Origin: an uncultured Spirochaetales bacterium
GTDB lineage: Bacteria > Spirochaetota > Spirochaetia > JAFGXN01
DNA: 64,000 bases
Direction: 5' to 3'
NCBI GenBank assembly: GCA_949289575.1
Contig: CASEOG010000001.1
Coordinates: forward strand, 24,671 to 88,670
Position numbers and translations under genes: made by a program. Positions within the stretch are counted from its first letter, which is position 1. Each line of letters opens with the position of its first letter. Of the stretch, positions 11,060 to 19,270 are shown piece by piece. The notes under the pieces are model-generated. The model was not told the origin of the DNA and made no database searches. It saw only the letters and a program-made list of their open reading frames with translations.

Positions 11060-11247
11060 CGCACACCTCCCGTCAGCTCGTCATCGATACGCTCCTCTTC
11101 CTCCTGCCACCGCGCTTCCTGTTCCTTTTCTTTGCGGGAGAGCACCGCCTCGCGGGCGCCGGCCACGACGCCGTAGACGACACACAGCAGCGCCGAAGCC
11201 AAAAGAAACACGGCACCGAAAAGAACGCTGAACTCGCCGCCTGTCAT
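11056..11247 (-). CDS. Small membrane protein co-translated with the symporter (YhdT/DUF997-like accessory subunit?)
   Basis: 63 aa with one hydrophobic helix and a charged tail. It overlaps the neighbouring genes by 4 bp on both sides, like the small gene upstream of E. coli panF. Confidence 0.4.
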   Translation of the reverse strand: MTGGEFSVLFGAVFLLASALLCVVYGVVAGAREAVLSRKEKEQEARWQEEEERIDDELTGGVR

Positions 11248-12440
11248 TTTGCCGCCTTTTTGCAGTCGGCAAACGCCTTTTCGAAATACGGCAGCGAATT
11301 GAGAATCACCTTATCGGGTACGCAGTAGGAAATGCGGAAATAACCGGGGTACGAGAAGCCGCGTCCGGGAACCGTCAGAATATTGTACTGCGCCAGCCGC
11401 TCGCAATCGGCCGCATCGTCCCCCGACGGCGCTTTGACAAACAGATAAAAGGTGCCCTGCGGTTCGACAAACTCGTAACCGATAGCCGCCAAACCGTCGC
11501 ACAACAGCTTGCGCCGCCGGTCGTAAATGGCAATATCGACCCCGCAATCCTGCGGCAGACGGGCGATGACCCGCTGCATCAGCGACGGAGCGTTGACAAA
11601 ACCGAGAATCCGGTTGCACAATATAAAGCCGGCAACAAGCCGTTCGGCATCTTCGGCCGCCGGGTTCAGGGCAATGTAGCCCAACCGCTCGCCCGGAATG
11701 GAAAGCTCCTTGGAAAAAGAGTTGACCACCACCGCATGCGGATATTTATCGAAAAGAGAAGGCACCGTGCGCCCGCCGTAAACGATGCGGCGGTACGGTT
11801 CGTCGCTGATGAGATAAACGGCGCGCCCCGTCTCTTTCTGTTTGCGCAGCAGCATTTGAGAGAGCTTTTCCAGCACCTGCTGCGAATAAATGTGCCCCGA
11901 CGGATTGTTGGGTGAATTGATAATGAGAGCCGCCGTGCGCGGAGTGATGGCCGCTTCCAGTGCCTCGATATCGGGATCGAAATCGGGCGCACACGGAACC
12001 GTTTTAAAAACGCCGCCGTGGTTTTCGGTATAAAAGCGGTACTCCATAAAACAGGGCGCCGGCGCCAGCACCTCGTCGCCCGGGTTGAGAATCGTCTTTA
12101 AAACAACGTTCAACGCTCCCCCGGCGCCGCAGGTCATCACCACACAGCCGGCCGGAACCGCCGTGTTCTGTTCGGCGGACACACGAGCCGCCACCGCCTC
12201 GCGCGCTTCCTGATGGCCGGCGTTGGACATGTAGCCGTATTTGTTTTCACCCGGGGTGCGGACCCATTCGACGATTTTTTCCTCGAACACCGCCGGAGGT
12301 GCCGCATCGGGATTGCCCAAACTGAAATCGAACACCGCATCGGCACCGTATTTTTGGCGCAGCTCGTTGCCGCGCTCGAACATTTTTCTGATAAACGAAC
12401 CGCCCTCAATCGCGGCCGCCGTTCTTTCCGAGATAGCCAT
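11244..12440 (-). CDS. PLP-dependent aminotransferase, class I (aspartate/alanine aminotransferase family)
   Basis: 398 aa. The fold-type I lysine-region motif is present (...NSFSKELSIPGERLGY...). Confidence 0.8.
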   Translation of the reverse strand: MAISERTAAAIEGGSFIRKMFERGNELRQKYGADAVFDFSLGNPDAAPPAVFEEKIVEWVRTPGENKYGYMSNAGHQEAREAVAARVSAEQNTAVPAGCVVMTCGAGGALNVVLKTILNPGDEVLAPAPCFMEYRFYTENHGGVFKTVPCAPDFDPDIEALEAAITPRTAALIINSPNNPSGHIYSQQVLEKLSQMLLRKQKETGRAVYLISDEPYRRIVYGGRTVPSLFDKYPHAVVVNSFSKELSIPGERLGYIALNPAAEDAERLVAGFILCNRILGFVNAPSLMQRVIARLPQDCGVDIAIYDRRRKLLCDGLAAIGYEFVEPQGTFYLFVKAPSGDDAADCERLAQYNILTVPGRGFSYPGYFRISYCVPDKVILNSLPYFEKAFADCKKAAK

Positions 12441-12555
12441 AAATACTCCTGTGTTTCCATTATATACAAAAGAAGAAAAAAAGACCAGACCCCGCTACGA
12501 ACGATAGGCGGTAAGATTCACCCGTCTTATACCGCCGAACGGAAACAATTTGTTA

Positions 12556-12584
12556 TTGAAAAAATGACTTTTTCGATATATAAT
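12556..12584 (+). promoter_or_regulatory. Near-consensus sigma70 promoter TTGAAA-17-TATAAT driving the islet gene
   Basis: TTGAAA at 12556-12561, an exact 17-nt spacer and TATAAT at 12579-12584, about 40 bp upstream of the ATG at 12627. A GAGGAAA ribosome-binding site lies at 12614-12620. Confidence 0.55.
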
Positions 12585-12626
12585 TAATTGATAATATACT
12601 TTAAAATCTTTTCAGAGGAAATTCTG

Positions 12627-13529
12627 ATGGCAGATATCAAGCTTTTCAATATCAAAGGTGAAGTTAAAGAATATCAAAGCGGTACGGTTACACTGGAAAA
12701 AGAATTACAAACAATTATCGAGAAAAACATGGAAACCTTTTTCGGTGTCACCTTTTTAGCTACGGAATATCGTACCACCGACGGCGGAAGAATGGATAGC
12801 ATCGGTATTGACGAAAACCATTGTCCTGTTATCTTTGAATACAAACGATCAATGAAAGATAATGTCATCAATCAGGGTTTATTTTATCTGAACTGGCTTC
12901 TTGACCATAAAGACAGTTTTAAAGTGCTCGTTATTGAAAAACTGGGGCTAAATGCTGCCGAAAATATCGATTGGTCTATGCCCCGTGTTGTTTGTATTGC
13001 CGGTGATTTTACAAAATATGACGAATCTGCCATTAAACAAATGAATCGAAATATCAGTCTCATTCGCTATAAAAAATTTGATGAAGATTTACTTATGTTT
13101 GAGCATCTCAATGAAAATACTGTTCCCTCCTTCGTTGACGAAACATCCGATGTATCGATATCAAAACAAAAAAACGCTCAAAGATCATTTGCGGCAAAAA
13201 AGAAAGAGGCATCGCCAGAAATCATCGCTCTATACGAAGACCTAAGAAACTATATATTAAGTCTCGGAGACGATATTACGGAAAATCAACTCAAACATTA
13301 TGTGGCATTTAAAAAGATGAAAAACATCGCCTGCATCGAGATTTTTCATAACCGTCTTATTATGCATCTTAAGTTGAACTCTGATTCCGTTAATTATGAA
13401 GACGGATTTACCCGCAACACATCCCAAATCGGTCATTACGGGACCGGTAATGTGGAAGTCACTATTCGCAACAGAATCGATTACGAAAAAGCAAAACCCT
13501 TATTGGACAGATCCTATAACGAAAATTAA
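12627..13529 (+). CDS. PD-(D/E)xK nuclease-superfamily protein (NucS/DUF91-like N-terminal domain plus an uncharacterised C-terminal domain), encoded on a low-GC islet
   Basis: 300 aa. The N-terminus reads ...EKELQTIIEKNMETFFGVTFLATEYRTTDGGRMDSIGIDENHCPVIFEYKRSMKDNVINQGLFYLNW..., which gives the D-x(n)-E-x-K pattern (D..IFEYK) and the usual restriction-endonuclease-like spacing. The gene is about 33% GC against roughly 52% in the flanks, and has its own promoter and terminator. Confidence 0.6.
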   Translation: MADIKLFNIKGEVKEYQSGTVTLEKELQTIIEKNMETFFGVTFLATEYRTTDGGRMDSIGIDENHCPVIFEYKRSMKDNVINQGLFYLNWLLDHKDSFKVLVIEKLGLNAAENIDWSMPRVVCIAGDFTKYDESAIKQMNRNISLIRYKKFDEDLLMFEHLNENTVPSFVDETSDVSISKQKNAQRSFAAKKKEASPEIIALYEDLRNYILSLGDDITENQLKHYVAFKKMKNIACIEIFHNRLIMHLKLNSDSVNYEDGFTRNTSQIGHYGTGNVEVTIRNRIDYEKAKPLLDRSYNEN

Positions 13530-13623
13530 AGCAAATTTTCAAAAACCCGAACCCTTTTCCCCCTTTCCTCATCCCCACCCGAAGATGATTTCGGTGACTC
13601 GTTTATATGAGACTTTCTCCGGA

Positions 13624-13661
13624 AACTCTGAGAGATTTCTAAAAAACTCTCAGAGTTTTTT
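13624..13661 (+). terminator. Rho-independent terminator of the islet gene
   Basis: An 11-bp perfect stem (aactctgagag at 13624-13634 pairing with ctctcagagtt at 13647-13657), a 12-nt loop, then TTTTTT. Confidence 0.6.
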
Positions 13662-13709
13662 AAAAAACATAGGACGTTTTTCGAGTTTTTTAGAAAACGT
13701 AGGACGTTT
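13653..13709 (+). repeat. Two tandem 27-bp imperfect direct repeats, each containing an AAAACGT-AGG-ACGTTT palindrome
   Basis: Copy 1 is gagttttttaaaaaacataggacgttt at 13653-13679 and copy 2 is gagttttttagaaaacgtaggacgttt at 13683-13709. They are 25/27 identical with a 30-bp period, and sit about 100 bp upstream of the GGDEF gene. Confidence 0.6.
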
Positions 13710-13806
13710 GTTCGGTCAGAACGGGAATCTGTTCTCCGCGGCATAAAAATTATCCTGTACAAACCGGAGAGAATATGCTAACATTGGAAATATCGGAAAT
13801 ATTTTT

Positions 13807-14808
13807 ATGGATGATTTGCGGCAAACACAAAGAAAAGCGCCGGGCAATGAGAAAACGCTCAAACGGAAAATCGAAGACCTGACCTCGTTCATGGTGCGCA
13901 AACATTACTGCGAAAACGATACCAAAGCACTCATCGATTTGATAGAAGAGCCTTTCAGCTGGATCGGTGCGGGAGAGCAGGAATATGCTGTCGGTGCGGA
14001 GAATGTGATTTCCGCCTTCCGGCAGTTTTCCGGGAAGGTGCCGTCCTGCATTGTCTCCGACGAGCACTACGATGCTGTCCCTATCGGAGAGGGTATCTGG
14101 CTGTGTTCGGGTCATTATCGGGTGCAGACCGACCCGTCAACGGAAACATTTCTGCGTGTTCACCAGCGTATTACCGCCGTTTTCCGAATGAAAGATGACG
14201 GATCTTTCTGCTGCTCCCACATCCACATTTCCAATCCCTACAGCGAGATGAATGATACCGATATCGGTTTCCCGACGCAAATGGCCAACGATTCGCGCGA
14301 ATATCTGCGCGAGCAGATTGCGGCTCAAAAGAAACTGATTGACAGGCAGACACAGCGGCTGATGCAACTCAGTTTCCGGGATACGATGACAGGACTTTAT
14401 AACCGCAACAAATTTAATCAGGAAATGCACAAAAGAACGCGACGGGAAGAAAAATCACTTCCTTTGGGAGTTGCCTATTTCGATCTCAACGGACTGAAAG
14501 AAGAAAACGACCGCTTCGGCCACGAAGCCGGCGACAAGCTGATAATCCGAACCGCCGACCATATTAACCGTTCTTTCGGTGACAAGACATACCGCATCGG
14601 AGGAGACGAGTTTGTGGTTATCGACAGGGAATCCGATGAACGGCAGTTCGTCTCGCTGATTGAAACGGTTCGCGAAAACCTGAAGCTGGACGGCATCAGT
14701 GTTTCGGTCGGCGTCCGGTGGCGGGCCGGCGGCGGCAACATTACAGAGCAGTTTCATGAAGCCGATCGGCTGATGTATGAAGAGAAACACCGTTTTTACC
14801 GCGACTGA
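13807..14808 (+). CDS. Diguanylate cyclase (GGDEF domain) with an N-terminal NTF2/SnoaL-like sensor domain
   Basis: The C-terminal GGDEF domain has an intact active site (YRIGGDEFVV) and the ...FDLNGLKEENDRFGHEAGD... region. The N-terminal 150 aa resemble an NTF2-like fold (...GHYRVQTDPSTETFLRVHQRITAVFRMKDDGSF...). The start codon is uncertain because no clear ribosome-binding site is visible. Confidence 0.8.
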   Translation: MDDLRQTQRKAPGNEKTLKRKIEDLTSFMVRKHYCENDTKALIDLIEEPFSWIGAGEQEYAVGAENVISAFRQFSGKVPSCIVSDEHYDAVPIGEGIWLCSGHYRVQTDPSTETFLRVHQRITAVFRMKDDGSFCCSHIHISNPYSEMNDTDIGFPTQMANDSREYLREQIAAQKKLIDRQTQRLMQLSFRDTMTGLYNRNKFNQEMHKRTRREEKSLPLGVAYFDLNGLKEENDRFGHEAGDKLIIRTADHINRSFGDKTYRIGGDEFVVIDRESDERQFVSLIETVRENLKLDGISVSVGVRWRAGGGNITEQFHEADRLMYEEKHRFYRD

Positions 14809-14820
14809 AACGGGAGGGAT

Positions 14821-15471
14821 ATGAAGCATCGTCGATTGCGAATCACGGTTTTGTCGTTCATTTGGGGAATTCTGTTTCCGCTTTCCCTGACGGCGCACCC
14901 CCACGTTTTTATGGACTGCCGCACCGAGCTGCTGTGGGAGAACGGCCGGCCGGCACGCTGCCGGATTGAATGGGTTTTCGACCGTTTTTTCAGCAGCGAT
15001 ATTATCAGAGGCTTCGACCGGGACGGAGACGGCCGCTTCAATGAGAAAGAGAAAGAGGCGGTTTATAACGGCGCCTTTATCAATCTGAAAAATTACGGCT
15101 ATTTTACCTTGATTCGTGCGCAGGGAAAAACTTTCCGCCCCGAGACGGTTTCCGGTTTTACCGCCTCCCATTCCGGCGGAAGACTGACCTATTCGTTTAC
15201 CGTCGATATTCCCGAAGAGGCGGCTCTGCCCTTTTCGATTGCCGTTTACGATGTCACTTTTTTCTGCAGCATCGAATACGATGCCGACCGGCCGATTCTC
15301 TTTCGCAATGTGCCTGCCGGACAAAAGGTTTCTTACCGCGTGGTGCAGACAAAGGAAAATCCGGTTTATTATAATCCGATGGGAGCGGTCAACGACAATG
15401 CGGTCTACAACGAATGGAAGCCGGGGCTGGAAACCTTTTACCCGATTGAAATCGAAGTGAGTGCCCGATGA
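14821..15471 (+). CDS. DUF1007-family periplasmic protein (partner of NicO-type Ni/Co transporters; COG3683-like)
   Basis: A signal peptide is followed by the HPHVFMDCRTELLW motif typical of DUF1007. Its stop overlaps the next start by 4 bp. Confidence 0.6.
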   Translation: MKHRRLRITVLSFIWGILFPLSLTAHPHVFMDCRTELLWENGRPARCRIEWVFDRFFSSDIIRGFDRDGDGRFNEKEKEAVYNGAFINLKNYGYFTLIRAQGKTFRPETVSGFTASHSGGRLTYSFTVDIPEEAALPFSIAVYDVTFFCSIEYDADRPILFRNVPAGQKVSYRVVQTKENPVYYNPMGAVNDNAVYNEWKPGLETFYPIEIEVSAR

Positions 15472-17438
15472 GACGGACGGTTCTCTTTCTCTTTTTTCTG
15501 GCGGTGTCGGCCGGTGCGTTATGGGGCAATCCTTTTTTTTCGGCACCCGACGCGGGCAACACCGATTCGCCCTCGTCGGCAAACGAAACCACGGTGCAGC
15601 CGGCGCCCGTCCGTTCGCAGGCTGTTTCCGCCGATTCGGCACGGACGCAAAAACATCTGCGGGAAAAAATGGGCGATCTCCTCGACCGGATGGCTCATCC
15701 TCAGTCGCCTCGGGAACGCCGTTCGTTGCTGATTTCGCTGTTTCTGCTGTCGTTTGCCTACGGTGTGTTTCACGCTTCGGGGCCGGGGCACCGGAAAACG
15801 TTGGTTTTCGGACTTTATACGGGGCGCCGGGCGCCGGTTTGGGAACCGGCTCTGACCTCTTTTCTGCTGGCGTTTCTCCACGGCGGTTCGGCAGTCATTC
15901 TGATTCTTCTGTTTAAAGGGGTGGAAGGTTCGCTCGGACAGCGCATCGACCGGTTTGCTCTTTACATGGAAGGCTTTTCGTATCTGCTGATTATTCTTCT
16001 TGCCGTTGCCATTTTTGCCGGTGCGGCGGTCGAATATGCTGCTTTTTTAAAAGGACGTCAAAAGAAAGCCCGTTTTTCCGGTTATTTTCTTTTTCTTCTT
16101 TCGGGTCTCTATCCGTGTCCGGGAGCGGTGCTGGTGCTGATTCTCTCCTACACGCTCGGGATTCCGGCCTACGGTCTTTTTGCGGTGGCGGCAATGTCGC
16201 TGGGAATGGCTCTGCCGGTTGCGGCCGCCGGTTATCTGGCCTGGTTCGGCCGCGAAGGCATTTTTCTCGCCTGCCGTAAACGAGAGTCGCTTCTGCACCA
16301 TATCACATTCGGCGTCACCGCTTTCAGTTCGCTCTTTCTGATTGGATTTTCGATTTATATCGCGTCGCCCTTTTTCTCGTCGCTGATTCCCCGAAAACCG
16401 TTTTCTCCCGTTGCGGTCGAAACAGAGGCCGATTTACGCACCGTAACCGACTTACTGGGACGCACGGTTACGATTCCCTGCCGGGTCGAGACGGTCGCTA
16501 CCCTCAACAGTGCGGCTCGTCTGGTTGTTTATGCGGGGGCGGCGCACAAATTGTGCGGTGTTACCGAAACAGACCGGAAAGGGGTCGAGGGAATGCCCTA
16601 CTCGTATGTGAATAAACAGTTCTTTTCCGGTTTGACGCTGACCGGTTCGGGCGGCAGCAGCGATACGGTTTTTTCCGAAAATCTGGTGTTGCTCGACCCC
16701 GATGTCGTGTTTGCTTTCACCGGCGACCGAGTGAGACTGGATCGTCTTTCAAAACAGACCTCCCTTCCGATCATCGGTCTCTCCGCATCGGGGATGTTTG
16801 CCGACGATTTTCTCGAATCTCTGACACTCATCGGAACGGTAACCGGCTGCGAGGTCGAAGCGGCACGGGTGGTCGAAGCGTTAAAGGGGTGGCAGACCGA
16901 TTTGACGGTCCGAACGGAAGAAATTGACGACGAAGCAAAACCGACGGTTTACATGGGCGGCATGGGCTTTCGCGGTCCGCACGGGTTTGACGGAACCTGC
17001 GCCCTCTATCCCCCTTTTACCGTCATTGCAGCCGCCCATATTGCCGATTTACCGGGCCGCTCGGGGCCTTTTTTGATGAATCCCGAAACGGTGGCCGCCG
17101 CCGATCCCGATATTATTTTTTTAAATCCTTCCAACCTTCCTCTGATTCGTGAGGATTACAACCGTCACCCCGATTTTTACCGAAGCCTGAAAGCGGTTCG
17201 CGAGGGCCGTCTTTACAGTCAGGTTTCTTATAATTACAATTCGACCAATATGGAAATCGCCGTTGCCGATGCCTACTATGCCGGCACTGTTCTCTACCCC
17301 GAAGCCTTTGCCGATATCGACTTCGCCGCCAAGGCCGAAGAGATTTTCGAAACAATGCTCGGCTGCCGTTATCTGCCGGTACTGGATGCGGCCGGAATCG
17401 GATTTTCGAAACTGTCGCTCGACAAGGAGGCTCCGTGA
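15468..17438 (+). CDS. Fusion protein: NicO/RcnA-family nickel/cobalt permease domain plus a C-terminal TroA/FecB-like (Peripla_BP_2) substrate-binding domain
   Basis: 656 aa. The N-terminal 300 aa are polytopic and carry the NicO signature FHASGPGHRKT (HxxxPGHxK). The C-terminal 330 aa look like a class III substrate-binding protein (...PTVYMGGMGFRGPHGFDG..., ...DPDIIFL...). It is a single uninterrupted ORF. Confidence 0.6.
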   Translation: MRRTVLFLFFLAVSAGALWGNPFFSAPDAGNTDSPSSANETTVQPAPVRSQAVSADSARTQKHLREKMGDLLDRMAHPQSPRERRSLLISLFLLSFAYGVFHASGPGHRKTLVFGLYTGRRAPVWEPALTSFLLAFLHGGSAVILILLFKGVEGSLGQRIDRFALYMEGFSYLLIILLAVAIFAGAAVEYAAFLKGRQKKARFSGYFLFLLSGLYPCPGAVLVLILSYTLGIPAYGLFAVAAMSLGMALPVAAAGYLAWFGREGIFLACRKRESLLHHITFGVTAFSSLFLIGFSIYIASPFFSSLIPRKPFSPVAVETEADLRTVTDLLGRTVTIPCRVETVATLNSAARLVVYAGAAHKLCGVTETDRKGVEGMPYSYVNKQFFSGLTLTGSGGSSDTVFSENLVLLDPDVVFAFTGDRVRLDRLSKQTSLPIIGLSASGMFADDFLESLTLIGTVTGCEVEAARVVEALKGWQTDLTVRTEEIDDEAKPTVYMGGMGFRGPHGFDGTCALYPPFTVIAAAHIADLPGRSGPFLMNPETVAAADPDIIFLNPSNLPLIREDYNRHPDFYRSLKAVREGRLYSQVSYNYNSTNMEIAVADAYYAGTVLYPEAFADIDFAAKAEEIFETMLGCRYLPVLDAAGIGFSKLSLDKEAP

Positions 17439-18496
17439 GCTGTTCCGCCTATAAGGGAAGTTATACCGGATATATCCGCCGCAAAAAACGGTTTTTGGCG
17501 CTTCTGTTGCTGCTCACCGTGCTGACCGCTTTTGCGGCGCTCGCTTTCGGACCGGCCGGGCTGTCGCTGCGGGAAACGGCCGCAGCCCTTTTCGGTTTCG
17601 GTTCGCCGCAGGCCCGAACCATTCTGTTTCAGATTCGGCTGCCGCGGATTTTAACGGCAATCGTTGCCGGTATCGGGCTGGCCTCCGCCGGATGCATAAT
17701 GCAAAGCCTTTTAAAGAACCCGCTGGCGTCGGCCTCGACACTGGGCGTTTCCCAGGGCGCTGCTTTCGGAGCAGCCTTTGCCATTACCGTTCTGAATGCG
17801 GGGGTTCAGAGTCCGACACCCGACACGGTTTCGTTTTCCGATCCCTATCTGATTTTTCTCTGTGCCTTTGCCGGCTCGCTGCTGCCGACGGTGCTGATTC
17901 TGATGCTTTCCTGTTTTCGGCGGGTTTCGCCCGAGGTGATGATTTTAACGGGTGCGGCTCTCTCTTCGTTCTTCTCGGGCGGCGTCATGATGCTGCAGTA
18001 CTTTGCCGACGAGTTGAAGATTGCCGCCGTGGTTTTCTGGACTTTCGGTAATCTCGGCAACACGGCGGGACGGGAAATTGCAATCATGGCCGTCGTCACA
18101 ACGGTTTCCTTTCTCTTTTTCTATTTGAACCGCTGGAACTGCAACGCTCTGCAAACGGGAGAAAACAGCGCCAAGGGACTCGGCGTCGATACCGACCGGT
18201 TGCGCATCGGCGGCATGCTGATTGCTTCGCTGACCGCTTCCGTTATTGTCTCATATATCGGAATCATCAATTTCGTCGGTCTGATTGCGCCTCATCTCAT
18301 GCGGCGGCCGGTCGGCAGCGATTACCGTTATCTGTTACCGGCTTCGGCGCTCTGCGGTTCGCTTCTGCTGCTTGTCAGCGATACGGTTTCGCGGTTGATT
18401 CTGCCTCCGGTTGTTCTTCCCATCGGTGCCGTGACAACCTTTCTCGGAGCCCCGCTCTTTCTTTTTCTCATTTTAAAAGGAGAACACCATCGATGA
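17435..18496 (+). CDS. FecCD-family ABC permease (iron-siderophore / cobalamin / metal-chelate type)
   Basis: 353 aa with about ten transmembrane helices and a BtuC/FecD-like profile (...LLKNPLASASTLGVSQGAAFGAA...). Confidence 0.8.
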   Translation: MSCSAYKGSYTGYIRRKKRFLALLLLLTVLTAFAALAFGPAGLSLRETAAALFGFGSPQARTILFQIRLPRILTAIVAGIGLASAGCIMQSLLKNPLASASTLGVSQGAAFGAAFAITVLNAGVQSPTPDTVSFSDPYLIFLCAFAGSLLPTVLILMLSCFRRVSPEVMILTGAALSSFFSGGVMMLQYFADELKIAAVVFWTFGNLGNTAGREIAIMAVVTTVSFLFFYLNRWNCNALQTGENSAKGLGVDTDRLRIGGMLIASLTASVIVSYIGIINFVGLIAPHLMRRPVGSDYRYLLPASALCGSLLLLVSDTVSRLILPPVVLPIGAVTTFLGAPLFLFLILKGEHHR

Positions 18497-19245
18497 TCCG
18501 TATCGAACATCTTGCTTACGCCTACCACGGGCATCATCCCGCTCTCGACGATATCTCCTTTCATCTGGAACAGGGAGAACGTCTGGCGCTGTTGGGCAAC
18601 AACGGTGCCGGAAAAAGTACGCTTTTGAAATGTCTCAACCGCATTCTGGAACCGCCGGCGGGAACCGTTTTTCTCGACGGCTGCGATGTCAAACGGATGC
18701 GGCGCAACGAGATAGCCAAAATGTGCGCCTACGTCGACCAGCAGCCGCAGATGCCCCGCCTTTCGGTCTTCGATACGGTTTTAATGGGTCGCAAGCCTTA
18801 CATCCGCTTCGAACCGACGGCGTTTGACCGTGAGCGGACGGAGGAGGTTCTCGAACTGTTGAGACTTTCTGCGTTTGCGCCCCGTTATGCCGACGAACTG
18901 TCCGGCGGCGAACGGCAAAAGGTGGCCCTGGCCCGGGCCCTGGTTCAGCAGCCGCAGATTCTGCTTCTCGACGAACCGACGGCGGGGCTCGATTTACGCA
19001 ACAGCAGGGAGGTTTTGGAGCTGATTCGCACCGTTTCCTGTGAACAGAATCTGACGGTGGTCACGGTTCTCCATGATCTTGACCGGGCTTTGCGCTGCTG
19101 CAACCGCTTTTTGCTGATGAAAAAGAAGAAGATCGCTCTTTTCGGAGACGAATCGGTTTTAACGGACGATGCGGTTTCGCATGTCTACGAAACGCCGGTC
19201 AAAATCAGAATGATCGAGGGACGCAGGACGGTCATTGCCGATTAA
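18493..19245 (+). CDS. ABC transporter ATP-binding protein (FecE/BtuD-like)
   Basis: Walker A (GNNGAGKST), the ABC signature (LSGGERQKV) and Walker B (LLLDEP) are all present. Confidence 0.9.
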   Translation: MIRIEHLAYAYHGHHPALDDISFHLEQGERLALLGNNGAGKSTLLKCLNRILEPPAGTVFLDGCDVKRMRRNEIAKMCAYVDQQPQMPRLSVFDTVLMGRKPYIRFEPTAFDRERTEEVLELLRLSAFAPRYADELSGGERQKVALARALVQQPQILLLDEPTAGLDLRNSREVLELIRTVSCEQNLTVVTVLHDLDRALRCCNRFLLMKKKKIALFGDESVLTDDAVSHVYETPVKIRMIEGRRTVIAD

Positions 19246-19270
19246 ATCGATTTTTTTAAGGAAGAAAAAT

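Noticed and set aside
13530-13806. Checked the islet's right flank, and the 12441-12626 left flank, for a tRNA or tmRNA gene or for flanking direct repeats that would mark an integrase-mediated insertion
   Set aside because: There is no tRNA-like sequence (no T-loop GTTCGAAT context or acceptor arm) and no convincing direct repeat of 10 bp or more shared by the two borders. Only short chance matches such as tacaaa were found.
15531-15540. A T8 homopolymer inside the signal-peptide region of the NicO-fusion gene, considered as a possible slipped-strand phase-variation tract
   Set aside because: The tract is only 8 nt, encodes Phe-Phe in a hydrophobic leader, and has no supporting evidence. 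It is too short to be called a contingency locus.
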